Source: Phoronis australis
Taxonomy: Eukaryota > Animalia > Phoronida
DNA length: 63,796 nucleotides
Direction: 5' to 3'
NCBI GenBank assembly: GCA_002633005.1
Contig: NMRA01000886.1
Location: forward strand, 40,544-104,339
Under the pieces are notes generated by a model that saw only the letters and a list, made by a program, of their open reading frames with translations, was not told where the DNA came from and did not search any database. Within the stretch, counting starts at the first letter, position 1. Each line of letters starts with the position of its first letter. Below, in pieces: positions 1 to 13,874 of the stretch. The position numbers and the translations under genes were made by a program.

Positions 1-503
1 TTATTTGATCTTTATGTTATTTGTACACTCATATTTCTGTACCTCATCAGTCATAATAAATGACCTTATATCGCCCTTACACGGTCTCCTTTGTATCTCT
101 TGAAACGGAGCTTGCGACGCACCTATTATTTTCGGGACATATTCCGAGCATAAATGATATTTCACTCGTTAAATATATTTATGTGAGAATATGGACTCGT
201 CCCTCTTATACCCACATCTTTCGGACTGGTCCAATAACCCCTTGTGTAGATTCGCATGCGGTCCTCCTGCACTCGAGGCACTAGGACATTCCATTTCCAG
301 CCTCACTATTGGTTCGTTTCTTTTTATTGCCCATCTTTCCAGAGATTATTATTTTATCTTTATGTTATTTGTACACTCATATTTCTGTACCTTATCAGTC
401 ATAGTAAATGACCTTATATCGCCCTTACACGGTCTCCTTGGTATCTCTCGAAACGGAGCTTGCGACGCACCTATTATTTTCGGGACATATTCCGAGCATA
501 AAA
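1..503 (+). mobile_element. 3' end of a Ngaro/DIRS-type tyrosine-recombinase retrotransposon (B1-A2-B2-like split direct repeats)
   Basis: ~150 bp direct repeat at 1-154 and ~350-503; the same repeat follows the DIRS-type RT at ~40180-40375. Confidence 0.6.
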
Positions 504-516
504 GGGGGAATAAATA

Positions 517-1394
517 TAGATTATTACATAACGCCCCTAGTGCGATAATTCTCCAATATCCACTCGGGCTCTAGATAACGGGGGATAGCGACTGAGAACA
601 AACATGTAATAATCTATTCATACCACATACTGAATGAGAAACATTGCAATGAATCGATCTACCTCGGCTTTGTAACTACTTTCTATGTCAGAGGCCCGGG
701 GTCGGAGGTCGTGACCTTTTAAGAAAAGCCGAGCTATTTTTGTCAAATAATGCTTTTACTCAAAACCAATTGAAAATTAAAACAAATTAGAAATAAAGTG
801 AATCTATAAATTAAGGCTTAGCAACTATTATAGCTTACTACACATTTTATCACGCTAAGCTTCGTCCGGGAAAATATCGTCTGCTAAAGTTGGTTACCAC
901 TAGTAACTGACTATAATGCTCAAGTCAAAGGATCCCGACAACACGATACCCGCATTCAAATATTGGAGATCGGTGATTTACAACTGAAAGAACACGAGTG
1001 AAAAAATTTAACTGAATTAAAATATCGTTTTTATGAAAATTATGCGTCTTATTTTTCATAGCGTATAAATGCCGGTGCAATGCCCTTTACTGAACATGCG
1101 ATTGTTGCGCGTGCTCATTTAAGTATTCTATTTTCACGTTCGATGACGTCAGCCGCTGAGTGGTGTCGTAAAGTGGGCGACTCGAAACTCTCTTGAGGCC
1201 CGGGTTCGAATCCGGCCTCGGTTTCCCGCCAAATCGTTGTCTCACTAGTGAGATAACTTTATGGGTTATTACACGGCTGTATCTGCCATTTGACGCTAAT
1301 ATTGTGGTACAAAAACGCCCCTCGGGCGATAATTCTCCAAAATCCACTCGGGCTCTAGATAACGGGGATAACGATTTCGCCATGTAATAATCTA
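517..1394. mobile_element. Non-autonomous TIR element fragments (TAGATTATTACAT...ATGTAATAATCTA)
   Basis: 13-bp TIR at 517 pairs with 604-616 and 1382-1394; internal ~60 bp duplicated at ~530-590 and ~1315-1372. Confidence 0.55.
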
Positions 1395-1519
1395 TATGTA
1401 TCTACCATTCGAGGCTAATATTGTGGTATAAGAAAACAGATCTGTAACAATAATTGTGTCTAAAGATAGGCTGGAAACTTTCCTGTAAATTACATTTATT
1501 ACGCCTTAAAATATCTTAC

Positions 1520-1657
1520 CGATTAAGCCCAGCACACAATACGTTATGGATACAGGGATGTTCTTCATCGAAAGCTCCAACCGCCATGAAGAGAAAAAGC
1601 CATCCAAGGCAAATTTTTGAGCCGAGTACGCTGCAAACGATGGACAGCCAACCTTGC
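1520..1657 (-). CDS. HSD11B1L: copy A exon 5 ([21 protein letters not shown]...CVLGLI)
   Basis: 138 bp, AG/GT bounded, YxxxK catalytic motif. Confidence 0.9.
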
Positions 1658-4600
1658 CTAGAAATACGACAACAGTTGAGCTGCAATCGATTCTTTCCAC
1701 CTGGTGAACCAGCTAAGTCATCTGATTGGTTCGTGATGATGACTTCCGGCTTCCAAACCAATCACATGTAATAGCTGACAGATTCGGCGTATTTAATCAA
1801 GTCCCGCCATTGTATGCATATGACACCAGAGCACTGACAATAATAAAACGCAAGAAAACCGTTAACAAAGTCTCTGTACAACGTTCCGAGTTCCTGTTTA
1901 AGGGCACCTCATGTTGAATTTTGAAATATATCGAATATGTAACTAATGCAGTTAAGCTTTGCAACCTGAATTCAGTTGCAAATCCGTTGAAATCCACGAT
2001 GTGAAGTAAAATTAAACCTGACACGGGCACTAACGACATTAGTTTTTTGAAACAAACAAGAGCGCAAAATTGAGTTGCACAATGCCTGATCGGGTCTCAA
2101 AAGAGATCGAGGCATATTTCTACCTCAGGGTATCCATTCTGCATTTAACCGCGAAGTATTAATGATTTTTGTCTCACATAATAAGCATTAAAACCAACCC
2201 AATTGATTCAACAAGCATGGGTTGAAAAATGATAATTGAACAGACGACTTAAAATACAGATTTTATTGGTTCACCCGCAGAATGACGTCAACTGTCAAAC
2301 TTTTGGAGGGACTGTCCTGCTGTTTGAAGTTTTGTCCTGTGTTCCAACACAGTATCGAAAAGTCCCACATCTTCACATACGCGAAGAAATTTCGTATATT
2401 TCGCGCTTTTCCATACTATTCAACCCTATTTAACGATTTCGTTTCTCATGCACGACTANACTTACCCATAATTGAGCTAACCACAACGATGCTGCCATTT
2501 GTTTTCACAAGTTCGGGCAGCGCATGCGTAGCTAAGTGCACATAAGAAAAGAAATTGAGGACAAAGCCTGCTTGTAACCTATCGAGATCTTCTTGACCAC
2601 CACTCCACATCCATCTGCGAAAATAGCCGAGATGGTTTAAAACTAGGTAATCCAATCCTCCTAGCTTGGATACAGCGACCTGAAAAATCCGAGTGACGTG
2701 TGGTTATTGAATATCGTAGAAAATGTACAAATATGGTCATCTTCTAAACATCGCATCTCAGAAATATCTAATTGAATCCAAATGAAACTTTCAGATGATA
2801 TTATCATTATTCTCAAAAATGGGGTATTGTTTTCAAAATACTTCGCTTTTGCATAAGGTGTTACGAATTTTTGGACTTACAGCTGTATATGGGTTTTCAC
2901 ACCGTTTTTTACTATGAACATAGGCATACATTTCTTATTCCACTTCAAGTTTAGTGATCACGTGACTCCGCCATTGGAAGAACCGCATCACAGTCCAAAA
3001 TCAAATACTTCACGCTTTCTACTTTCCAAACATACCGGTTTTCACTTTTATTGGCTAAAATCCTATGGTGATGCAAAATTTTACGTAATCAAGAGGCAAC
3101 TTGCTTGAAAAGTTACTCACAATCTTTAAAAGATTTCCAGAGAAGCATATTTGTACGGGGTTCGGGTTGCAAGACTAACTAGCGGCGCAGAGGCGATAAT
3201 TACAAGTAAGTGTCGTCTTTGCCTGAATTCAAGTAACTATCATACGAAAAGAATCCTATGTTGACACTCTCACCGGTCGAGATTGGGCTTAACCGGTTTG
3301 CGTACCTCGAAATCTGCCGACATTCAGTCAAAGACACCATGCTGCTGCAGTTAATTACGTGGCCTTTGGCTGGTCACGTTATAGTTCTCTAGATAAGCAG
3401 ACACACCAGAAACACACTGGGGGCAACAACAGTATTCTTAGATTTTCGTTTTGAAAGTTTTTAAGTAGCATAGTTGGATTTTGAGGCAAACCAAGTGTCA
3501 TCGTACAATTATTTGCATGTACCTACGTATAGTTGTTTCATCTTAATTGTAAAGACAGCAAACTTTGGAAGAAGCTCGCATTCTCCCGGTAGGGCCTGGC
3601 AGTGTTGGTCCTCTGCGTCCGAACTAACAGCAAATCTCAAGCATTTTTCAAACCTTTTACTTCCATTTTTGCCTTACAGATATTGCAGTTTTATCGATAG
3701 CCATGGACACGTCAACAGCTGGCTCCAGGGACGTGGGTGTGTTACGGTAATTATGGGTTATGTGGCGAAGCTTCCAAAGTCAATGCAACAAGTTTCCGGC
3801 CGAAATGGCCATGTCAGTCAAGAGTCGATCTGTGGTGCGCCTTGGGACAAACTTAAATCTTCTGGCTCTTGCACGAAGGCTCACGACCAATGGTAGCATA
3901 ATTGGCAGGTGATCTAGCGAGACTCATCCGAGCGCGGGTAACATCTGTTGTCCGTGGAAACAAATCTTGCTCTTGCCTAGTTGATACCCGGTCTATGTCT
4001 TCAGGACTAACCCGTCGTAGTAGCATAGCTTTCTTAAATGGTGTCAGTATCACATTGGGCAATGCTCGGCCGATCCCATCGATTGAGCTCGGGACATCTC
4101 TTGACAGAGTAGCGTTCATGAAACCCTCCTTTGGCTCTCCATAACGAAAAACCTAAGCAGATGACCGGGTTTCTTCCTAGCATCATCTGCCGGACAAGGG
4201 CGGAACGTTACAATGCCGTTGTAATACGCAGATCATTGGGCGACTGCTGCCTGATATCAAACAACGTCGTTCGATGATCACCCAGCAGCCTGCAATTGCG
4301 AAATCGGCCTGAAACTTGTAGAATTGTCCACCGACGCCCTCTTGGCGCAACCCGATAATTGTCTGATCATGGTCTAACTGTGGTCCGAATGGCCCATGTG
4401 ACAATTTTTATCCCGGAAAATCGCCACTTCGGCGCCGGAAGCCATCGCTTTTTGTCACTGCCATATTTCATCCCGCTTCGTATCTGCCATCACTTCGATG
4501 GACACCGGGATAGACCGTACGACTTTGATACAACGAGACCTGTCCTTGTCGCAAAAGAGCGCAAAGAACCCGATACTGCACATTCATAAGTTGTGATACC

Positions 4601-7600
4601 CAGCAGCAACCTTTGTGCCCGTTATAAACGATTAGCTAGCATAATCTGCCTAATAATAAATGTTTCTAAATGACATTATGATTGTCCTGTTTATCCAACT
4701 TAATTCGATCAAATTGTAACAGAGCTGTATGTGACCCTAGAGAACCACAGCGAAATTCATTGTCATTTATGGCGACTGGTTTCTTACTGTATCCGTTCTG
4801 CTATGTCCTGATCGTCTGGGGTAGTAGAGTTTGTTCCATTTCCAAAACTAGCCAACTCGAGAAATATTGTCCGGGGAAATGCCTACGGTGGATTCGAACT
4901 GCCCAAGACTACACGACCAGTGTTAAACGTGAACATTGTCTCTCAGTCTGGAAACCACCAGCTGTATGCTTGGCTGGAGCTTTACCAATAATGTGATTTT
5001 TTAAATAATTTTCGATAAGCTATGTCCAGTTGCATATACAGTAGAATAGCCTGGGAACTTATGCAATGCCTGGAGAATATTCTCCGGCCGGTGACCTAGC
5101 TGGAAAAATTGCGAGCATCCTTGCCCCATTCCTTATTTTGGAAATTCACCTTTTAACTGTCCGTTGCAACCGATATGCGAGCACAAATTTGCCCTTATTC
5201 CCGGCCTGAGAAATCAACATATCTGAGAAGTACTTTTTTAAGATTAAGTCCGAAAAACGTAATTTTGGGATTAAAGTTGAATGGGATAGGCCTTTTGACA
5301 ACAGCAATAACATGAGTTGTTGTTGTGATTTTTGTTACGCTAGTTCACGCCGTGTCACTTCAATATTTAAAAACCTTTAAAATACACTGCTTTTTAACAC
5401 TTGAGATTAGACTCAGCGGTAGAACGTTTGGATAGTGGTGAGTTTAGTGGTTTCTACTTCAAGCTACTGCTAACGTCGGTAAAAATAATATATGGCTGAT
5501 ACCCTACGAAGGCTCATTCGGATATCTGTGCTTAGCTTATAGGCTTCCATCACATATGTGAGGGTGAGATTTCATCCCGGAGTGGGCCTGAACAGTTTTT
5601 TGTGTTAAGTGGTAACGCACAGCTTCAAATATATTGCGGGAAAACCAAATATACTTCATGGCCACGTGTCCGCCCATCATGCTTTGAAATTGGCTTCAGA
5701 GTTCCATACCTTTATAACCGCTTCTGTAGTATTCAAAATTTCATGATCTGCGATAATGTAGTCTATGTTTCTGGTACCCGGAGCCAACTCTTTACAACGG
5801 GCGACAACCTTATAAAGAGAACGAAACAATAGATGTAAATATGATTAGATTGTTAACTTCATCAAACGCCTCGGGCCAGCTTCGTCCCCAAGCCTCAACA
5901 TGATGTTAAACCGATCAGCGCCATCTTAAGGCTTGGGGACGAGGATGCACTCGGGCTAACCATATTACAATAGTTCTCAGGACCACGTAAATTTCATGTT
6001 ATGTCGGGCGCAACATCTCTAATCATGCCGACCTTCCCCAAAGACACTTCATACAAGTTCTTCCACGATGCAGTTAAAAATGAATTCATTTTGTCACGAA
6101 CTATATATAATTCCAACCTGCGGTCATGATATGAAAAGGTTCTTGTACGCATACAATCATTTCTGTGATTTGGATAATTGATATGATACGATATAAATGA
6201 CAGATTAGAATTCATATGCAATGTTAATTAAAATGTTTCCGCCAATGATGCTTTGAATGATGATCTTTTACTAACCTCCTGATGATTTGATGGTAACCAA
6301 AACGAGGTTGAAGCCCTAGAGGTTAAAAATCTTTATGTCGCCATCGCGGGAAATAAGGCAAAACAATGGCATAAACCTAAAAATTGATGATATTTTTCGG
6401 GAAAATAGTTTGCGTCCAGATGATGGAGGCATTACAGTATTGATTTTATTTTATTTTATTGCATGCAGTTGAAGAGTTCTTCTGAACCATGACATGTCTT
6501 TAGCACAATAGGATTATATACATATTTTCTGGACCTGTCTTCGAATTATCCATTGCCAGAGAAACGTTTAGGATTATTAAAATGATTGAATCTCGCTCAT
6601 ACACATTATGTATAGAATGCCTTACTGCAGAAAATACGCAGGCGTTTTTATAACAAGATGCCTTGTTAATTTGTTGCAAAACCTTTGTAATGGTCTGGAC
6701 TGCACTGACTCAGAAAACGATATGGGCCAGAGCGAAAAACGTAACTAAATAGGCCCACTAGTGTGACCTCTGTGTAGACGTACTGTACAGCGTACTGTCA
6801 CCTATTGTACGTTTCACCGAGTGCCGCCAGGCGGACTGTAGTGTCAGAAGAAAATGCACACCCACTCTGTTATGGGGATGCCCCCACAAGTGAGCACAGC
6901 GTAGCCCTTTAATATTAAAGAAAGATCCGTAAAACCTTTAGATGCCTAGAATTAGGACTTCAAAAGTGGTTTGAGCAACAGTTTAGCTTTACATATGCGA
7001 AAAGTAGATAAGGCATGGGTTGTGGCCTGTAACATCGGCTGACTCGTTTTGACATCTGAACTCTTCGAAGTCTCGTATGTTTGGCGCATAAACATAGGTA
7101 CGCAAGGTTTGAAACGCCATGATTTTTCAAGCGCTGAGAAAAAGAAAAAGAAATTGCATCAATTTTCTCGTCTCAGGTGAACATTATTTTTTGAAAAGGG
7201 AAACAATACTCAGGTACCACCGACTAGGCTTTCAAAATAAATCGCCAGAGACCAGAAAACTATTATTGTTTGGCCTTACAACAGAATTCACTCATTTCTC
7301 ATAAGACCAACTCAAACTTAGCTCTTCACAGGCTGGTTACTGTTTTGCTACCAATGTAAATAAATAACAGCAATAACTGAACCAACGACAAGACCCACAT
7401 TAACAACTGTAGCTTGACATATTGTTGATACATAAGACCTGAGCATGAGGGTACTATACACTGAGTTTATGAATGATGAATATGTTTCCTCTCCCAGTCG
7501 TCTGCGTTTTTATTTTTATAAAGCAGCAGCTTTCGATTTGGTATTGGGGCAAAACATAATATGCTTGGGAGACAAGTTTCGCAAAAATTGTATAACATGC

Positions 7601-10128
7601 ACAAATAATGTTTATATTTAAACGAAGCTTTAGAATCACACGTTAAAAATTGTTAAAGATAAAACCCTTTGAAATTTGGAACATTTTCGATACACTCACT
7701 TTAGTATGCACAAAGACTTACGGCCATCAAAAGTATTGACGTTTCTTATGTATTTACGTCGAGACCAAAAATAATATAACTGGCCTAAATCCCTCCAAGC
7801 TGACATACTTGGACCAGTTAGATCAGCACGCCTTCCCCTTTGGAACTGAACTGGACGAGACAAAAGACGGCAATGGTTGTTCAGTCCAACTTGTATGGAG
7901 TAACGTATACAATGTGCTTGTTCAGGGGCTCTTTCCTGAACGACTATGTTTTTGGCTTAAAGAATCAATATGCAAATGGCTTAGCTTATCTCACGAAATA
8001 ATTAAGGCTGAGGCTAAAAATCAAAAAAAAATGTCTACAACTCGAAGCCAAAAATAGTTTGCTCGAGAGCAGACTAAAAGTGAAATTCAGCATTTGACCG
8101 TAGCCTCTTGAAGAAGGAAACCCCGAGTCCTGCAGAAGTTCATGTAACAATACTGCCACATGCAACACTCATTATTTCATTTCCGGTTGATGTACTAAGC
8201 GGTCACAAACCTAGTTAGCAGCATAATCAGCAGTGGATGTTATAAATATTGGAGTCTATACATCTGCAACTGCAAAACCCACAATTAAACATGCCTTTCT
8301 CAACTTGTCTTCGCTCCGTGCTGTGATAATGATGTTGGCTCCTAAACGTGCATAGTTATAAGCTAACTGCTCTCCGATCCCCCTCGATGCTCCGGTGACG
8401 ATGACCCGTTTGTTGTCAAGTTTTCCTGAAAAGAAAACAAAAGATTAAGTGATGTTCGTTTAAGTAATTGATTTCAGCAGACCTGAGTGTGACGCCACAG
8501 AAAGACTAAACTTTAGGACCAATAGAAACCTCGTTCTGACCTCCAGCGCGCAAGACCAAACGGACGGACCCAGCATTTTTAAAGGGGGGGGGGTCGGACC
8601 AAGGATTTTTTAAATGAAAGNAAGGGGGGGGGGGTCGGACCAAGGATTTTTTAAAAAGGGGTGTCCAAGTAAGCTATTTGAAAATTATAGATTTGATATC
8701 ACTAAAATCTAGGGGAAAGGGGGTCCGATCCGGATCCCTTGACTCCCTGGATCCGACATGTACTTATTGCAGGTGTTCCGATTCCTCAGAATACGACTGT
8801 TCGAACAGGGCGTCATCGTCGTAACCGCTACGGGTTTGACTGAAGACGGCATCTTCTGATTCTTCTGAGTGATACCACCTCCAACAATAGTCCCCGATTT
8901 AAGGTTGCAGGGCACGGGTCCTGCCCCTCGTTTGGCCGCAAAAAATAAACACTGAAATGATACGGAAATAAATTTGATCATTTATTATGTTGCGGTTAAA
9001 CGTGAGCGTGACGTACTTTAATGTATCTGTGAACGTGTGTTGGGCACAGACACTACAGAATTAAAAGTGTCCCCTCAAGATAGCCTATATCTGCCACTGG
9101 TCCCAGAGGCGGTTCCAGGATTTTGAACGGTTGGGAGGCAGGGCAGAGTATTAGCCAGGATTTTATGCTTATGGGATAATATGAGCGGTTAAGAAGTTAT
9201 TGGACTCCGAATAACTGGCTGGACAAGAATAGCAAAACAAAAAACGTGCTATTGAAATGCGAAAGAAAAGCACCTAACAGGCCAGTCGATAAGACAGACA
9301 ACTAACTATTCACACAACATACCAGACTATTTTTCACAAAGCCGACAGCATGCTAGAGGCGGAAAGAACGAGGTCACGGGCCCGAGTAATTGACTGGGAC
9401 AGTTGAAAGGAAGTTCTTGGCACGTCACATCACAAATGTGAGCACAGCCGCATCTTGACTTGGCTGCATGCTAGGGGGTGCTACCTCTGAGCGGCCGGCG
9501 TATTGTAAATGCCCTCAGGACCTTGACATGAGATTTTCTTTCTTTGTTAGAGCGTGAAGAATTAGACATGTAAGGGAGGATGAGGATCATATAAGTGGCC
9601 TTTTTAAACAGATTACAAGTACCGTTACCTGTGAAACCACAATTACGAGCCTGCATGACCCGACTGAGTAAGCAGTGCCACCGGCAGTTTCGACAACTGG
9701 CCGTTTCCTCTTAGTTTCGTTAAATACATTTATTTTGCCACTGAGTTTTTAACAACCAATTCAAATAAAACAAACAGCAGACAAAGATGGCAATCAGGCA
9801 ACCGTTTACAAGTGTCACGGCCTATCGAACGTGATTGACTAAACCGGTGACCAAGTTCAGGGATTGATGACTACTCCAGCCGGGTTACCCGTGCAACATA
9901 TTTATATTGGAGCTCATAAGGCCTCATGCGATGCTGCTGTGGCCAAAAGGCTTTTTGGTCATAAGACATTTCTGACTGGTGACGGCTCCCGCGCCCCAGC
10001 CACCGACGTGCCGTCAGTTCGAAATAGCGATCTGAAGACTTACCTAAATCCGTTCTATCCACCAGTTGAAAAGCAACATACAAGGCGATTGCTCCGACTA
10101 AGAGAGTGGCTTTCCAAAGCAGCGCCAT
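1520..10128 (-). CDS. HSD11B1L: 11-beta-HSD1-like short-chain dehydrogenase/reductase, copy A (coding exons 1-5; 3' exon not found in window)
   Basis: Spliced by hand: 10044-10128, 8295-8425, 5710-5808, 2466-2679, 1520-1657; phases are consistent. N-terminal hydrophobic anchor, TGASRGIG Rossmann motif, [21 protein letters not shown] and YSAQK catalytic motif. The symbol denotes family similarity, not tested orthology. Confidence 0.88.
2466..2679 (-). CDS. HSD11B1L: copy A exon 4 ([16 protein letters not shown]...[10 protein letters not shown])
   Basis: 214 bp, AG/GT bounded, SDR beta4-beta5 region. Confidence 0.9.
5710..5808 (-). CDS. HSD11B1L: copy A exon 3 ([33 protein letters not shown])
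   Basis: AG/GT bounded, 99 bp, homologous to exon 3 of B and C; not in the ORF track. Confidence 0.85.
8295..8425 (-). CDS. HSD11B1L: copy A exon 2 ([43 protein letters not shown])
   Basis: cag acceptor; 131 bp as in B and C; donor is GCATGT. Confidence 0.9.
10044..10128 (-). CDS. HSD11B1L: copy A coding exon 1 ([28 protein letters not shown])
   Basis: ATG at 10128, GTAAGT donor, homologous to exon 1 of B and C (DRTDL). Confidence 0.85.
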
Positions 10129-10914
10129 TGTTAAGTGTGGTCCATTGAACAACTAGTTACCGCAATATAATGATACTTGACCTGTATATAGTTTTGTAGA
10201 CCAACGAACTTTGCAAAGGGAGCATTCACATATTCCATTATCACTCGAGGGGGTGGAGTTGGTTTGGAAATGATGAAGATTTTTGAGAGGGAAAGGACGA
10301 CGTTATGGTGACGACATCGAGTAGTTGATTAGACTCTCCATCACAGTTGTGAAACTAGCTGGTTCGGTCTGGTCAGGCAGAAGTGACTATAATTCCAAAC
10401 TAGACTGGGACCCGCCGTTTCACGCTTGCAGCCGGGATTTGACTATGTCATTGAGCAGCTCTTTTGGGAAGTATTGGGCGGGCACGAACTCTGCGTCATC
10501 CAAACTCTTTTTCCTGGATTCAAAGACAGTCGACCCTTGGGCAATGATATAAAGTAATAATTTGCGGCCTAAGGTAATTAATTTACGCCGCAAATAACCA
10601 CTTTACGCCACAACTGATTACTTTACTCTTGACCCAACAAGAATTAAATTACGCACATAATTTAACGGCGTAACGTTCACCAATTTCGCCAGTGATAGTT
10701 TCCCGCACTCGCCCGAAGTGTGAAGACAGCGATAAAGTCTCCGCCTTCCTCATAACGTAAATTGTTGGCTATGGGTGCCCCCACGATAGCCGTTTTTGAC
10801 ATAACCACGGATGTTAATGACAGCGAAATCTGAAATTTGCGGTTATCTCAGTCTAATTATCGTACGCCATCCACCATGTACAAAATCTCCCGAGGTCACG
10901 TGTTTGATGACATC

Positions 10915-11076
10915 GAACCGGCGTGCGTTCAGTTACGTTAGGACCTACGATAGGACCTAGCTAAAATCTAGCCAAAGTCACATGTTCTAATTTAAAATAT
11001 ACGGCAATATCTCACGTAATCTCCCGAAGTCTTGTTTTTAGCGAGGTCCTAGCGTTACTGAACGGGAGGCGGGTTC
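10915..11076. mobile_element. MITE
   Basis: ~32 bp imperfect TIRs, GAACC..CGTTCAGT.ACG.TAGGACCT. Confidence 0.55.
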
Positions 11077-11645
11077 TCCGTTGGCAGTTTCGGTAACACA
11101 ACTCACCTGGCGTAACAAAAAAATTACTAATAATGAGTGATTTGAACTTCCATGTACTAACGGTCGTCGGTCTTAGTCCGAAGTCTTCGCCTTTGCGGCC
11201 GACTGAGGCTTTTCCGTCTTAGTTTTCCCAGTCGAAATTTATTTTTAGTAGTTTCGCCATTTTCTACTGAATTATTCTAATGCTGCATGTTCTATGCTAT
11301 AAATGTGTGTTTTGACCCATGCTTCTCCTTGTGAAACGTAATAAGCCCAATCAGACACGCGACCTTGTCATTCAATCGTTCCTGAATGATGAACCTTCCA
11401 AATTTACGGTAAAGATCTAAAATGACATTAATCTACGGTGTCACTCGGCTCCAGATCATGACAAGCGCAGGTTTTTATCAAAGTTTCGCCTTCGCATCAT
11501 TATCCCATTGCCACACCTGCTTTATGGTTTTACACCCCATTAAATATGTTTTAACTGCTGAAATCATGTGCACCTAGGTCTTTTAATGGAGACTCACGTT
11601 TGCCCGGCTACGTTCGTGCGTATATGGATGTACATGTACGCAAGT

Positions 11646-12192
11646 TCAAGGGAGGAATCAACATATTGGTCCGACTTCAAAACCACTTGTCCAGACTTCA
11701 AAACCACCCAGGAGTCGACTGGACTCCAAAACCAATTGCAGTGGCAGGTGAACAAACGTTCGAGTTGTCCGGACTTCAAAACGTGACGGCCTCACCCATA
11801 AATCTAGTTTGCTAGCCCTACAACACGATGACCGATGCTATAACCAGGTGGCAGGTGATCAAAGACGGCGGCTGGACTCCATCAGACTCGATTTGAATGA
11901 TCTCGGACGATTCAAGTGACATCTAGTGTTTTTTCATACCCGTTTGTATGTTTTGTTCAAAATCGGCGATTTGTTTTGCCATTGTGTTTCCGTACAAGCC
12001 AACCAGTTTAGATCCGGTCAATTATTTTTTTTGGGGTGCGGCCATCTGAATTTGAGCGATACCGGTAAACCTGTTTTGAGGTCCGACCACCAAGTTAGAA
12101 CACCAGCCATTGGGTTTTGCAGTCCAGCCAGCTGGTTTTGAAATCCGGGCAAGTGGTTTTGAAGACCGACCAACTGTGATTTCAACCCTTGA
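11646..12192. mobile_element. Foldback-like MITE with ~140 bp TIRs built from GACTTCAAAACC subrepeats
   Basis: Left arm matches the reverse complement of the right arm. Confidence 0.7.
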
Positions 12193-12879
12193 TGTTGCAG
12201 GGTTTTGTTTGTTTATTAATTGCAACCGCTCCACTGATTTTCAAAATTTAACCAGGCATCATTGCCTCGAAGGCATCAATGCAAATAGCGCCACTGAAGT
12301 CAATGGCTCCAGGCGTACGAAAACCTCGCAAAACTCACTTGAGACTAACATTCTTTAACAGTGCTACGAAAGGTAGCACTGTCGAATGTTGTTTAATATG
12401 GGTTCTCACTGTTTTCATTAATGAAATGACGTCATAGCATTCAGCCATTCCCAGTGGTTGAAATCTGGAAAGCCCCTTTCAGTTTACATTTACCAAGCGG
12501 CGACCACCTTTTTACTTGAACAGTTGCAGTTTATTAAAACGGGCAGTGACCGAAGTAAACAAAACCAAGGAAACCCCGATCCAGTGGCTTAAGCTTAAAC
12601 AAGTGCAGACAGTGCATAAAGGCATGTGCAAGTGATGGCGACGTGATCGGCATACTTCCGACCAAGACATGCGCATTGATGCCCACGCATGAAATTCCAT
12701 CATACTTCCAAAGGGATACTTCAGTATAGGTGGTGATGAGTCAGAGGGTACTCAAGACTTGGAAAGATATCGCGATGCAGTGCAGGAGAAGCACGCGCGA
12801 GAGCGCAACCTATGCTACTCCTCCAAGCATACGATTAACTCACGCAGACAGGAAGCACGCTTCAAAACGAGGCTCACTA

Positions 12880-13208
12880 CAGTGACGGATCTAGGATACC
12901 ATAAGGGGAGGGGGGGGCAACATGTCGCCTCGGGTAATTGGGCAAAGCGCAATTGTATGTGCACAGCCGGCCCGAAAGTTCCAGGGGCCGGGGATGTGGA
13001 CTTACTGTTTGGAAAACCATTGGTGGACTAAAAAACGGATACACGATTCCGCCGCTACCTGTGGTCGGAGCACCCCCCCTCACCCAGTACCGGCCCTAAT
13101 TGCTGAACTCAATATTTCCTCACGCTTCACGCTGTTGCTGTTTCATCTTGCGTGCGGCAGCCAAGGGGGTGGGTGGCAGGCCCCCTAGCCCCCCTAAATC
13201 CGCCTATG
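12880..13208. repeat. CAGTGGCGGATC...GATCCGCC-type MITE family; related copies near 8560-8760, 9105, 22116, 41306-41468 and 63769
   Basis: Shared terminal motif followed by a poly-G run at several sites. Confidence 0.55.
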
Positions 13209-13234
13209 CAATACGATACAGCAGCTCCCGTTAA

Positions 13235-13390
13235 ATGTCTTATCCGCGTTTGTGTTCCGCGTTGCTCGAACGGCGATAGAAAAATTACGGGCAATCAACT
13301 ATCTTGTATTACAATTTCTAAAAGTGTTGCGATTCGGAAGCGTTGGGTCGTTTCCATACACTTTGACGAAGGAAAATATTTCCAGATAAG
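13235..13390 (+). pseudogene. THAP zinc-finger relic, transposon derived
   Basis: CVPRCSN...RKRWVVSIHFDEGKYFQI resembles THAP C..C...W. Confidence 0.5.
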
Positions 13391-13874
13391 AATGATAAAT
13401 GTTATTGGAAGTTTGATCACATTTTGTCGCATCTCGGTTGCCGTGCATCATAGCAACGCTAACGGGGAATCTTTGGCCAGACTGTGATTACGTGATTATG
13501 AGTTGAAACATTGCATTATTTTCCTAAAAGGAACACAATAACCAAGCTTGATCTGCCCAGTCAATTGAAGCTCTAAAACGAGATGGATCATTGTTTTCAG
13601 GTTATGCTTTTGACGAACGAACTGGGTGTTTTAATTTTAAAATTAATCTTGGTTGAGAATGATGTAAGAATAACACAAAGAAAGCAGAATTGACGGTCAA
13701 ATAATTTTTAGCTTCAATTACCCGCCTGTTTTTGATTTTCATAAAAATAATTTTAATAACACCCAACAATCTTCCAGATCAATGGCAAATCTACTGTTAG
13801 TCTCGTTAGTCCTTTCCTCACTACCAGCCTTTGCTTGTTGTTGATATTAATATTGTTGATCAACCAATAAAACC

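Noticed and set aside
1150-1225. tRNA gene (GGTTCGAATCC B box)
   Set aside because: No acceptor or anticodon stems; at most a SINE-like head inside a repeat
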